Numbered from the whole stretch's first letter, positions 47,245 to 60,377 are shown. The stretch: 63,061 bases of DNA, filler included, from Octopus bimaculoides (GCF_001194135.2; 6 parts of 6 records of this genome joined end to end with filler, not necessarily neighbours in it); one strand, 5' to 3'. A program made the numbers and translations. Notes: generated by a model from the letters alone, not told the origin.

Positions 47245-47529
47245 TTATGTATATATTTCAATGTGGCGGTATATATNNNNNNNNNNNNNNNNNNNNNNNN
47301 NNNNNNNNNNNNNNNNNNNNNNNNNNNNNNNNNNNNNNNNNNNNNNNNNNNNNNNNNNNNNNNNNNNNNNNNNNNNNNNNNNNNNNNNNNNNNNNNNNNN
47401 NNNNNNNNNNNNNNNNNNNNNNNNNNNNNNNNNNNNNNNNNNNNNNNNNNNNNNNNNNNNNNNNNNNNNNNNNNNNNNNNNNNNNNNNNNNNNNNNNNNN
47501 NNNNATATATATATATATATATATAATAG

Positions 47530-48490
47530 AAATAGATTTCAAAGATAAACGACTAACAGACTAACAACCATAATTTAGTCCACTATACAGTCACTCCACA
47601 ACAAACATACTACAACAGATGCACTTTACGCCCAATTTCTTCACACCAAACCAATACACTACAGACTTCCCACAACAATCCACCTACTACAACCATTTCT
47701 TAGACCTAAATCAGAGAAACAGAGGTGTGAAATGGGACAAAATGTACATGAACACCCAAAAATAATCAACTTATCAACGAAAATCTTAAGTACTACACAA
47801 ACTAAAATTCTAGCAAGAGGTCTGAAGTTTACATCAACCCCTCGCAGATCGAACCCGAATGAAGTCAAGGATAACTCTATGGATTTTTGTCGAAAATTGC
47901 GCCTCACAGAAGCACTTCACAACTATACTAGCGAAGATGACTCGATAGTAAAAAACAAAAGCGAATACTGTCCTACAAAAGGCAGAAATAAAGCACTTGA
48001 TGACTTTTGTGAACACATTACCAATTTTCTATTTAATACCCTACAAAAACAACGAATTAAATCCAGCCTCAACACAAATGAATGGAAAAAACTATCCGAG
48101 TTAAAAAATGATATAAACCTGACCATTAAAGAAGCTCATAAAGGAAGTGTGGTAGTAGTGATGGACACAGAGTACTATTAAAATTTAACACTCTCCATGT
48201 TGGAAAATAATATTTACTATGTGAAGATAGAGCACTATAACCCACAGAAGACACTTAAAAACTTATCCTTCTTGCTTCAAATACATGGAAAGGGCCTCAT
48301 TAAAAAAGAAATTGACTATTCATCCAATTTTAAATACAGACCAAGTCTATTCTACGGATTACCTAAAATACACAAAAATCCACATATTAGTAAAGCTTGC
48401 AAGGATTTTCCAAGTCAATGCATTAATGTTCCTGCCCCTATTGACCTCAAACTAAGACCCATCATTGCTGGCCCTGCTTGTGAAACCCAC
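47530..48490 (+). mobile_element. Penelope-like element, N-terminal part of the RT ORF, 3'-truncated
   Basis: ORFs 47732-48181 and 48197 onward share a frame with one stop between them: IINLSTKIL...LARGLKFTSTP; LSELKNDINLTIKEAHKGSVVVVMDTEYY; FYGLPKIHK; LRPIIAGP. Confidence 0.9.
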
Positions 48491-49011
48491 GTTCCTAGAC
48501 ATGCACAAATCAGGAGACGGAGATGTGGCCAAGGAACGTCAGCAAACCTGGAAATCAGGAGCCGGATCACCGAAGAGAGGGCGAAGAACGTCCATTAATC
48601 CTTCAGCTGTGTAGGGATACGTTTTTGTTGTAATTCAGGCACAAAGAAGTTGTTCATCATCGCGATGTAACGCTCACAGTTCACAGAAGCAGCATTTCCA
48701 TTATTGTCTTCGAAAAAAGTAAAATCAAATGACGGCAGCTTTTCCATCATCACACCAGACCGTCACTTTTGGGCTGTGCAGTGGTCTTTCGTGTAGTTCT
48801 CTTGGATTTTCAAGAGCCCAATAACGATAGTTCTGTTGATTCCCCATGCCATTGAGATGAAAATGAGCTTCATCACTCATTAACAAGATGAGGTTGTGAT
48901 TTGCCTCAAAAATTGCTTCCATCTGTCGTGCGAAATTAAGCTGCTGTGCCCCTCCCACTGGGGTTGAGTAATACTCATCTCAAAAACGTCTGTTCTCTCT
49001 ACCTCACCCTG
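48490..49011 (-). mobile_element. Internally deleted Tc1/mariner DNA transposon remnant
   Basis: TA|CAGGGTGAGG terminus at 49011; MSDEAHFHLNG...QQNYRYWALENPRELHERPLHSPKVTVWC; FFEDNNGNAASVNCERY; PWP-SPDL-like motif. Confidence 0.88.
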
Positions 49012-49134
49012 TAAATTGATTTATCAAGGTTTTTCATCTCATTGTCTGACCTCATATATAGCAGAATGTACGTCACTCCTCACATTAGTTCTGCCTTTCA
49101 CTTTTTGAGTGTGATAAGAGCATTGGTTCAAAGT

Positions 49135-49178
49135 TTAGATAGACAGACAGATAGATTGATAGGCAGACAGACAGACAC

Positions 49179-49218
<40 letters not shown>

Positions 49219-49248
49219 ACACAGAGACACACAGACAGACACACAGAC

Positions 49249-49327
<79 letters not shown>

Positions 49328-49520
49328 CAGGTAGGTAGGCAGGTAGGTAGGCAGGTAGGTAGGTCGGCCGGTCGGTAAGTAGGTAGATAGACAGATAGAC
49401 AGACAAATAGACAGACAGACAGACGGACGGACGGACGGACGGACGGACGGACGGACGGACGGACGGACGGACGGACGGACGGACGAACGGACGGATGCAT
49501 GGATGGATGGATGGATGGAT
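49135..49520. repeat. Compound tetranucleotide array: AGAC, (AC)n, AGAT, AGGT/AGGC, AGAC, GGAC, GGAT
   Basis: Successive perfect runs read directly from the sequence. Confidence 0.97.
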
Positions 49521-50013
49521 GTTCTATGCTGAAAGTAGGAGAAAAGAGAGCGTACAGGAAAGAGGGAGAGATGTTGTTAAGGAGATAATAATAGACGAAT
49601 AAATGGCACCCTCCTATTGGAATGATTTTGGTGCCAGTTTGAGGTGTAGAGGTTATGCAAACAGACGATCAAGCAATGCAAAACTTAAAAGGAGTGCTGA
49701 AGGGACGAGAGAGTGGGTGGTAAGCAATATTGAAGCTGGGGTCAAACGCAAATTTAATATCGCTAACGTTTCTTGTCAATTGTTAAAGGTGATAAAGTTG
49801 GCACAGATAACTGTGAATAAGAATAGATATTCATAGATGCATACAAACATACATACATACATACATACATACATACATACAAACATACATACATACATAC
49901 ATACATACATACATTCATTCACACACCTAACATACACACTCACACACACAGAGGCAGACACGTATATACTCAGGCACACCCACATACATATGTATGTGTA
50001 CAAATGTTTATGC

Positions 50014-50068
<55 letters not shown>

Positions 50069-50241
50069 TTATGGGTCTACATAAACGCATATATAAAACT
50101 TGAACACACACACGCATACACATACACACTCACACATGCACACTCGCACAGAAACATCCATACACGTATGCACACTCTCTTACACATACATATATACGTA
50201 TATATATGTATATGTGAGTGTATATGTGGTGCATATATATA

Positions 50242-50274
<33 letters not shown>

Positions 50275-50587
50275 CAGAAATTAATTAATTTCTTTAAATC
50301 TAATTATTCTGTGTTTGAGAAGGTAACCTTGCTTCTATGTGTTTTTGCGACGAATGGCTTCTGTTTGTCGTTCAAGGCCAATTTCAAAATGGTAAATACA
50401 CGACCTACTCCATTGACCAGCGAGTTCCAGACTCGTTTAATGACGGAAGCTCTTTGTATGAGCAAAAGAAATACTGATATCCACTTTTTTTTTTTTTGTT
50501 TTACTCTTCTTTAGATATTTGATGATCATATGATTTTAGCAGTGATTTTTCATCGATTCCTACAAGACCAATTGGATATACCTTACA

Positions 50588-51103
50588 CAGTGTTTCTCAT
50601 CCACTTTTTTACCTATGGACTCCTTTGGTTCTTATTTTACTTGGATGGACCCTCGTAACCATTCGGTGTTTTGAAAAATCTTATATTTTGATCCACCGCC
50701 TTGAAGAATTTTTAGTCGAATAAATGGACCCCAGTACTTACTTATTTTAAGCCTGGTACTTATTCTATCGGTGTCTTTTGGCGAACCGCTAAGTTACGGG
50801 GACGTAAACACACCAACACCGGTCGTCAAGCGGTGACGGGATACAAATACAGACAAAGAGACACACGCATATATTCTTTTAGTTTCTGTCCACCAAATCT
50901 ACTTACAAGACTTTGGTTATCCCGAAGTTATAGTAGAAGACACTTGCCTAAGGTGTCACGCAGTGGGACTTAACTCGGAGCCGTGTGGCTGGTAAGCAAG
51001 CTTCTTGCCACAAAGCCACACCTGCGCCTATTGCACATAAAGTTTACGAAAATGTATTATATGAACCCCCATGGGTCATATAGACCCCAGTTGAGAATCA
51101 CTG
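50588..51103. mobile_element. Possible hAT (Charlie-like) MITE carrying a nested SINE
   Basis: Termini CAGTGTTTCTCA ... TGAGAATCACTG (11/12 inverted match); 8-bp TSD not preserved. Confidence 0.4.
50712..51029 (-). mobile_element. Family A SINE
   Basis: Reverse complement of the family A head, core and tail, with a short internal tract. Confidence 0.85.
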
Positions 51104-52494
51104 CTCTAGACAAATTCGCACTAAATATCTCAAACTAACGAAGCGTTGTGCTGTCACTGCTTACAGCCGGTAAGTTGTTGTCACTGTTTACGACGATGAA
51201 ATTGTTATTTACCTTCTTTACATCTTTTAATCATTTGCCAGTCAAGAGTTTTGGTTACGCAAATTTGTAGCTCTGATGATGAGCTGGATGGTGTGCGCTA
51301 CATTACTCATTCGAAGAGCTACAAGCTTTTCATTCAGATTTCCAGGACCAAAACATGTATTAATTCATTTATAAAACTAATATACAGGAGTAATATTAGG
51401 GCAGAGGATTAGCTGAATCATTACATCATCAAACAGAGTGCCTTGTTCATACATAGTTACAAAACTTTATGTTCTGAGTTCGAATCTCCTCTATCGCCTG
51501 TCGACAACATAAATACAAAACAATACTGAAGCCGTTATAATCTCCCATGTCCTTTTCTCCCTAAATTCATGGCCCTGTGCCTATGTAAGAAATCAATGAG
51601 CAATGGAATGATCGTTCGACTATATCCACTTCTTCCTAGTAAAAACAGCCGCAGGTTTTGTTTCCAGGAAATAAATCGATATCGTATTTGTAAATATAAC
51701 GAATGATTTACATAAACAGGTTGCTCATAGCGATTTTTGGTTCGCTAAACTTACACAGCTAATGTCTTGGGGGAAAAGTTTAAACAGCACATTTTCTCAT
51801 CCTTCCCCTTACTACATCTGCACTTGATCAAAAAGAAATCAATATACAACATTAATGGGGAACGCCACAGAAAAAAGAGGTACGCTTCGAGCTACCTGAG
51901 AGCGTAACGTAATTTCAATGTCTGCTTGAAGCCATTTCACTTCACTAACATCATCAATGTCAGTCTTCCTTTTCTTTCTTTATATATCCGAAGTCGGGCA
52001 TCAAATGAAAAGAGCTTGCGTGTCGATTTCTAGTCGTAACTATTTCGCTGCATGCATATGGGTAATACATTTGCGGCAAATACGAAAATTACTTCGTATC
52101 ACACTGCGTTCAGCCTTTCGACAAGCGGGCTTCCTTCTTTTCTTCAAAGTCTGGTGAACTGCAAAACAAACATATAGACAAACAGATAATTGATCGAAAG
52201 ATAGCTCAACAAACTGACATGCAGGTAGGTAAGTACGTATTTTCGTAGATATGGAGTTAGATAATGCTGACGTATTTTCTCTCTCAACCGTAATATCATG
52301 CTGTGAAAAAAAAAGTTTAAATAGACAAATTAATTATAAATAAGTTGATAAATAAAAAAAACTTATATATATGTAATATATAATAGATATACAAATATAT
52401 AAATACACTAATTGCAGTAAGCGTTAAAAATATCGGCGTGATCTTCCCCGGTGTGTGTATACAAATATATAATTAAATATATATATATATGTAC

Positions 52495-52634
52495 AAACTT
52501 CCACATCTTCTTCAGAGCTCATCCATAAATGGCAAAACAATTCAACCTTAGCAGACTCCATGCTAGAAAAGAGAACACAACTGCATCGGTTATTGAGCTT
52601 CATCACGCAAATGATGTCACAGTTAGTACGACTT
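52495..52634 (-). CDS. Candidate Cys-rich exon (SRTNCDIICVMKLNNRCSCVLFSSMESAKVELFCHLW...), PAN/apple-like spacing
   Basis: Strong acceptor TTGTTCTTTTGCAG|; open frame with C-x3-C-x7-C-x-C-x14-C; donor weak (GTACAT or GTTTGT). Confidence 0.3.
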
Positions 52635-53039
52635 CTGCAAAAGAACAACAGGCAAGTACCGACATTCTTACTGATTCATATGAGGATATGGTTCTCACTC
52701 TCAGCGTAAGTAAAACAGGGATCTGCCAACAAGTAGGAACATGGGCCCATACATTCAGGTATATAAATAAATAGTGGAAAATGTAGAGCACTTCCAACGT
52801 CCTTCTAATTACAGAGCCACCTATCACAAAACAAGGCAATCAGTGAGAATATAGAACACTGGATAAAATATGCCAAAGGAAGATTTGGTTCACCGAGAAG
52901 AGGGTTGTATAAAAATAATGATGTGAGATAAAAATTCAAATTTATGATGAATAAAGCAGTTGTTGTTCTCGCTTTCTTCTATAGATCTTATGGTAAAATA
53001 GCCATAAGACAGAAATATACCACCAGACATATTGAAAGA

Positions 53040-53400
53040 AAGATTACTCATCTAGTGGCAGCGCAGAGGATGGGATGTCAGTGTGTTCAAGCAAGCCAAT
53101 ATTACCTACATTCAAACCATGATTACGCAATATCACCTTCGATGGATAGGCCATGTGCGAATGCGGATCCATCGATTCCTCCAACCAATTCTCTACTCAA
53201 TTAAACACTTGTACACCGATGAGAAGAATGTATCCGAATGAGATTTGTCAGTGAATACCCCCACACCTTAAATGGAGATAGATCATCTATGATGGACCCA
53301 ACACTTGAGCACAGCACATGCCAAACATCCTGCAACCGGAAGTACAAATGGTACTATATAGTCACAGTCGACTTCGCGGAAGTTTAGTGGATAATTATCC
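53040..53400 (+). mobile_element. RTE-clade LINE 3' remnant
   Basis: TQYHLRWIGHVRM...ILYS matches the RTE C-terminal LRWxGHVxRM motif. Confidence 0.6.
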
Positions 53401-53431
53401 TCAAACCCGAGGAATTGCTGACGACCATTCG

Positions 53432-53590
53432 CACATACATACATACATACATACATACATACATACATACATACATGCATGCATACATACATACATACAT
53501 ACATACATACATGCATACATGCTTGCATGCATACATACATACGTACATGCGTACATGCGTACATACATACAAACGTATGTATGTATGTAT
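53432..53590. repeat. (CATA)n/(CATG) microsatellite
   Basis: Tetranucleotide run. Confidence 0.95.
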
Positions 53591-54119
53591 CTATGCATTT
53601 ATGTAGGCCCACGTCTATCATCATTTCTCAAGTATAAACTTAACAGGTTCACTTTGCTAATAAAACACATGTAGTGCATACAGTTTACATTATGTTATTT
53701 ATAATTATTAATAATGATTAGCTAACTAATTGTTTGACCAATTATTTGATCAATAAAATCAGTTGGTTCATCAAAATCATTTCGTCGCCGTCTGCAACCC
53801 TACCAATCTGCTCCAGTTCAGAACTAGGGCAGGTGCGGGCATGTCATTGGCAAGGTCATTAGATAGACTGTCCTTGTAATTCAAGTCTACCCTTGTCACA
53901 CACAGACACACAGACATACACACATACACACACACACACAGTATCAAGCTGATACTGCTTGAAGATTACTTTAAGAATACACCTGTCTGTAGAATACTCA
54001 CAGCCACTTAAATGTTAATTCAATATGTAGGTAGTTCAGTTGAATGAACAACTGAAAACTCAAGTTCGGAAATTCTAACTGTGATCCATCTTATACACAC
54101 AGACACACATGCATGAATA

Positions 54120-54181
<62 letters not shown>

Positions 54182-54582
54182 NNNNNNNNNNNNNNNNNNN
54201 NNNNNNNNNNNNNNNNNNNNNNNNNNNNNNNNNNNNNNNNNNNNNNNNNNNNNNNNNNNNNNNNNNNNNNNNNNNNNNNNNNNNNNNNNNNNNNNNNNNN
54301 NNNNNNNNNNNNNNNNNNNNNNNNNNNNNNNNNNNNNNNNNNNNNNNNNNNNNNNNNNNNNNNNNNNNNNNNNNNNNNNNNNNNNNNNNNNNNNNNNNNN
54401 NNNNNNNNNNNNNNNNNNNNNNNNNNNNNNNNNNNNNNNNNNNNNNNNNNNNNNNATATATATATATATATATGTACACAAGCATGTATATACATATATA
54501 TGTATATGTGTGTGTGTATATGTGTATGTATATATATATATATAAATGTGTGTGTATGTGTATATGTGTGTATGTATATATA

Positions 54583-54617
<35 letters not shown>

Positions 54618-54940
54618 ATGTATGTATGTATGTATGTGCTGAGGGAGTTGTGGGTAGGAAAAATCAATGTCTACAGTCAATGAGAGAGATTAGTCATCCA
54701 CAAGTGTGCAATTATATCTCACACCCTGAAAGTCAGGCAACAGTCAAAGAAATGGGGGTGGGGAAGTGCTAAAAGAATGAAAGAATCCACAAAAGCTATC
54801 GAACTGGTGTGTCATGCAGACAGCATGATTTTCTAGGTCCCCATACAATAGATACACGCACGCATGCGCATATACATACATGCCTGTTGGCATGCATGCA
54901 TGTGTATGTGTTTGTATTCATGTATGTATGCTAATGTGTG

Positions 54941-54972
<32 letters not shown>

Positions 54973-55502
54973 CGCGTGTGTGTGTGTTGCTCCATCACCA
55001 ATCGTAAGAAGCTGGGATTCACAAACCCCAAAATGAACACAGCTAATTAAGAAATTACACTTATGAGTATTAATTGTGCCGTGAAATGCGTAAAAAAAAC
55101 CTTCCAAAAGTTTGACATGGGGAATGTTCATTCATGCACTTGTATAAATGTATGTTTAAGTACATATACATAAATATAAACGTACAGACCTGCACACGTT
55201 GTAATATGTATACTTCCACACATTGATATGTGTGCAGATATACGCATAAAAGCACACAAAAGCACAAATGCATACATACACATACTGACACAAACATACA
55301 TTTATAAAGGCACGCATCCATACATACTTTCTTAGAAACAGGTATACACTCATTTATTTAAATACGTACACACAAGCAAATTAACAGAATTAATGACGTG
55401 AAAAAAATTTTTTTTTCGTTCTTTTCCGTCTTCTGTATCTTTTCGTAATGATTTCTACCGAATGAACAAACCCGTTAAAGCTATTGGAGAGTGTTGAAGA
55501 AC

Positions 55503-55545
55503 GGTCACGTGACATAATTTCGTGTGACGTCTCAGCATGGTAAAT
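55503..55545 (+). promoter_or_regulatory. Possible promoter element: GTCACGTGAC palindrome (E-box/CLEAR type) and GTGACGTC (CRE-like) upstream of ATG|GTAAAT
   Basis: Motifs read directly, within a unique, relatively CpG-rich segment (55.4-55.7 kb). Confidence 0.25.
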
Positions 55546-57052
55546 GACGGAAATGCTTACCAACCAACCAACCAACCAGCCAACCAACCAGTCACCCAAC
55601 CAACCGCTTCGAATACACGGATTTGATCAGTTTAAAGAGAGATGGAAGCGGGTTGCTGCTTACTTCGTGGAATCAGATACCGCTGCACCAAACAACGAAG
55701 GACAAAGTAAGAGTAAGGATAAGAAAGGAGCAGAGATGGGTGCAGACTTTAAAGGAGCAAAAAAAAAGAAGCTAAGAAGAGAAATAAAGAGAGCGGAAAG
55801 AGGGAGAAGAGGAAAAGAGACGCTGAAAGGTTGCTATCGTAACTGTCTTCGGTATTGTCAGCATTGTTTTACTGTTATTATTATTGTTACTATGGCTGTT
55901 GTTATTGCTAGCTGCTCTTGTTGTTTTTTGTTGTTACCGTTGTTGTTGTTTCCGGCTACTGTTAACTTCAGTGGTTGTCGAAGCTATATTTTCCATATTA
56001 TTAATATTATTATTATTATTATTATTATTACTGAGTGAGAGAGCAGTGCATATTATTATTATTATTATTATTACTATTATTATTATTATTATTACTGAGT
56101 GAGAGAGCAGTGCATATTATTATTATTATTATTATTATTACTTTTTCGATTAATGTTAATTACATATTTATTTATTTTGCTGTTTTATCTTTGCATTTTT
56201 CTTTAAGTTTTCGTGTTTATGGAAATGAGGGTTTTTTTCCTTATGCTTATTTTAAAAATTCTGCTGTTTTGTTTATTTTTGTTTATTACTTTATTTATTT
56301 ATTTATTTATTTATTTTGTTTGTTTCAATGAAAGAAAAAGCAAAGTTAATTTCAGATCTTTTTTTTTTTTTTTGAAATCATTGTTTTGGAGTGAAAAATG
56401 ATGGAAACCTGGAGAGTGAAAAATGGAAAATGTGCGAGTTTTGATTTGCTTGTCGAAAGCTGCAAAGTGAATACTTATTGCATTACGAGGAACCCATGGA
56501 TTAGTTTACAATTCTATGATGCCACATCAGAATATGTTATATTAATACTGTTAAGTGGTAGTAAGAGCAAGCGGAAAGCTACATCAATAAACTTATTATC
56601 TATTAAATATCAAAATGTCTGCGATGAGATGTCTATAAGTCAGATTTTCCTAGGCCATTAATCTCATCTTAAAAGTGTATATTTACAATATTTATATCTG
56701 CATTAAGTTTTCGATCATATCCAGGCGTCATTTCTTTCTTTATATTTCCATTCTCGATTCGAACAGTTAATGAACGTCAAGGAGTATGTTATATTTGTCT
56801 TTATAGTTCCAGACAAGTGTAGACACTTGAGAAAGAGAGTCACTGAAGAAGTGACCGAATTTTGACGAAAATACTTTAACAGATGAATAGAAAAAAATAA
56901 TATCAAAAAACGAAGTGAGAATTAATTAAATAGTGCACGTGTTTAATTGGCAAAGGATGACCATCCCCAAATATAACAATATCTTTATCAACACACGCTT
57001 TCACATCAAGAATCTTGCAAAACAAATACACACACACACAAATATATATATA

Positions 57053-57880
57053 TAGGGTATAAATCATTTTGAACATGGCATTTTTATTTTTTTATTTTTG
57101 TGATTTTTGTGAATGCATTTTGTCAAATTTGTTTATAAGTCATATGTGACCAACAAGTGAAAGAACAACAACAATACACAAGTCAAGAAATTCTTCATTT
57201 CAGGAGTATCTTATTCATGGATTTTCATAAAATGCCATGTTCAAAATTATTTATACTCTAGGTTTACTGAATCCAATATCTTTCTTTAATAGCCAATAGC
57301 ATAGCCTTTGTTTTTTTATGACTACTTCTAGACTATTCTTGTACGTGTCCACAAGCTTCCTACATGTCTCCTATGGAATGATAGCCCACTTTTCCTTGGC
57401 GAAAACCTCGAGCTGGGTCAGGTATAAATAGAGGAAAAATGTTCTGACCATTCTCAGTTTCTGACCAGTATGACCAAGAAGAAGGCGCTCAGTGAAGGAA
57501 TAGATTACAAGGCCATTTTAAAGCAGTATGATGTCCTTGTAGTAATCTGAAACAAGATCCCAAGATCTCAGCTTTTGGTCAACTAGCCTATGGTCTGATG
57601 AAACGAAGTTAGCCATATGGATGCTGAATACGTCTGGAGGAAGAAAGGAGAAGCATACAAGCCGAAGAACACTGCGCCCACCATCAAGCATGGTGATGAA
57701 AACAATGCTATGGAGATGCTTCTCTTCCAGTGGCGCAGGGAACCTTGTCAAAGTCCAAGGGATCGTGAGAAAGGGGGATTACATCAGGATCCTTGATGAA
57801 AACGTGAAGGAATCCGCTGAGAAACTTCACGTAATTAAAAACATTAACTAGAGTATGAATAATTTCGAGGACGAGTGTGT
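57053..57880. mobile_element. Rearranged Tc1-like transposon remnant
   Basis: Plus strand 57590-57830: WSDETK...YVWRKKGEAYKPKNTAPTIKHG...FSSSGAGNLVKVQG...YIRILDENV; minus strand 57290-57420: LEVFAKEKWAIIP*ETCRKLVDTY...KGY; TIR-like GTATAAAT(C/A)ATTTTGAAC motifs. Confidence 0.85.
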
Positions 57881-60103
57881 GTGTGTGTGTATACATAGTA
57901 AAATACGTGTAGACAAACACACATCTATTAAGTATCCATCATTAAAATATTTGGTTGGGACATTACATTTCATATCTTTTAGCATTGTACTATCTCAAAG
58001 AGGATTTGCTGTATTGAATAGAACCCAATTAATATTGAATACTTAAACTTGTAGTTACAACATTCTATGAACTGAACTCCACCCTTAATGCAGGTAATCA
58101 CACTTACACACTTTGACACACTTTGACACCATGTACACATAGAGTGATTGATTCAAACCAAAATATATATTATATCTCAGTGTTTCGACAATTATAGTCA
58201 TCTTTTCTATTTTGTATTGTTTTGAAGGATTCTGTGATAATGAAAGGATTTTTTCTTATCGAAGCCGTTGTGGAATAACAGGTTTTCATATTGTTCCTCT
58301 TGAATAAATTATAAAGCTTATTGCCTTTGTGAATCGTATCCCTTGGATAATCAGCACATGAGAAACAGTGCCGTGTGCCAGGCTACTACAACTGAGTAGA
58401 AATGGCAGAACTGTGTCTTACATCGACCTAACGAAAGGAAAAAACTCCCCCTCATTTAAGAGCCAATTCAAATACATTCTTAAAAATACTACATTGCTTT
58501 CAGAGCGCATCATATATGTCTGATAGGGGAAACGCATCATATATGTTCGATACGACCACTCCTAAAAATAATATTTTAAATTGTTGTAAATTTTTCCAAC
58601 CGTAAAACTTTTGTGTCGTAAACCATGAGACGCCAATAACGAGCAAAAGAGTACTGGTGGTAACACACAACTTGTGATACGCAGCCATTTTGTATTTTAT
58701 TTCAACAACTACAGCAGTTTTTCCTGAAGATTACTGTATTTAAATCAAATACTCACATATTAGCAAGAAAGCATGGTATGGAAATAACTCCAATATNNNN
58801 NNNNNNNNNNNNNNNNNNNNNNNNNNNNNNNNNNNNNNNNNNNNNNNNNNNNNNNNNNNNNNNNNNNNNNNNNNNNNNNNNNNNNNNNNNNNNNNNATAT
58901 ATATATATATATACACGTCTGTTATGTATAGTAGTATCGAGTGAGACGAAAGAGTGCTAAATGTGAACCTTCATTATTCGCGGCTCGGCTCACCTCGTTC
59001 GTTGGGAAATCCATTCTAATAACACAAAACCTGAAGCTTACAAAAATATCAATAAACCCTTTTGATATATTATTTGAATTTTGCAAAATTTTCTACATTT
59101 TAGATAGAACGAAAGTATCTAAGAATTTGCGTGACTGGCATAGACAAATTTACCATGTGATCCACCATATTTCTTCTTAATGACAAAAAAAAAAAATTAT
59201 CAATTCGTGCCGTTCGAACCTCTATACGATTACATGACGTGCTGAATATAGGACTCAAATTATGTCAAATACACCCTCCTATATAAAAAATCAAATAACA
59301 CATTAGACAATGTAATCTCTAACGCACTAAAAGATATGAAGGTCACGGTTGGAATCAGGGCAGATCTTTGGTTAAACAAGCCGCCTCAAGTACACCGAGA
59401 AAATTAAGGAAATTTTATACAGCCAAATGTTCTGCATGTTACACCAATGAATTTCACGAAAGGAAGAGCACACAAAAAAATTAAAATAAAAAGAGAATGC
59501 AGTGACGATGTCTGGTGTGAATTTAATTGCAAGTCTGCTCATTCAATACTGACTTGGGGGCATTTGATAGCTATTTCGATTTCAATACTGCTTTAATAAA
59601 CATCACTGATTCGTACTTAGTGTTTAAGGTCGGGTGAAGAACAACATTTTTATATTGTTGTATCTTTTACTCAAAAATCACGAATAAATCTGGTCGACGA
59701 ATAGAAAAGCTGATAATTTTCTTTATTTCCAAGTCGAATATGTGAAGTAACACTGGTTTTCTCATATACATGCATACGCACATACATACATACATACAAA
59801 CAAGATGGGCGAAAAAGTTATGTATAAAACAAGTGTGTGTATGTGTGTGTGTGTGCGCGTGCGTGTGTGTGCACCAAACAGGTATGTAATGACGGAAAGA
59901 AATTGTCGAGCACATAATTTACTTTCTTTTTTGTGTGCGTGCGTGCGCGTGCGTGTGTGTGCGTGTGTGTGCGCGTGTGTGCGTGTTCATTCAGGAGAAT
60001 TGGTATATTAGAATAACGAATAATGTTACAAAGAGCGAACACTTGACCTGGATACGAAACTGTATCGCAAATTCATCAGCCTACAGGGCTCATGACTGAT
60101 ATA

Positions 60104-60164
<61 letters not shown>

Positions 60165-60264
60165 NNNNNNNNNNNNNNNNNNNNNNNNNNNNNNNNNNNN
60201 NNNNNNNNTTAATTAATTAANNNNNNNNNNNNNNNNNNNNNNNNNNNNNNNNNNNNNNNNNNNN

Positions 60265-60316
<52 letters not shown>

Positions 60317-60352
60317 ATAATAATAATATTAATAATAATAATAATAATAATA
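60265..60352. repeat. (ACT)n-(AAT)n compound microsatellite
   Basis: Read directly. Confidence 0.97.
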
Positions 60353-60377
60353 ATTTCTATTATAGGTTCTCAAAAAG

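Noticed and set aside
51870-52158. Minus-strand exon after strong acceptor GTTTGTTTTGCAG as the continuation of the Cys-rich exon
   Set aside because: All three phases stop within 40 codons and no domain similarity is evident; left unassigned.
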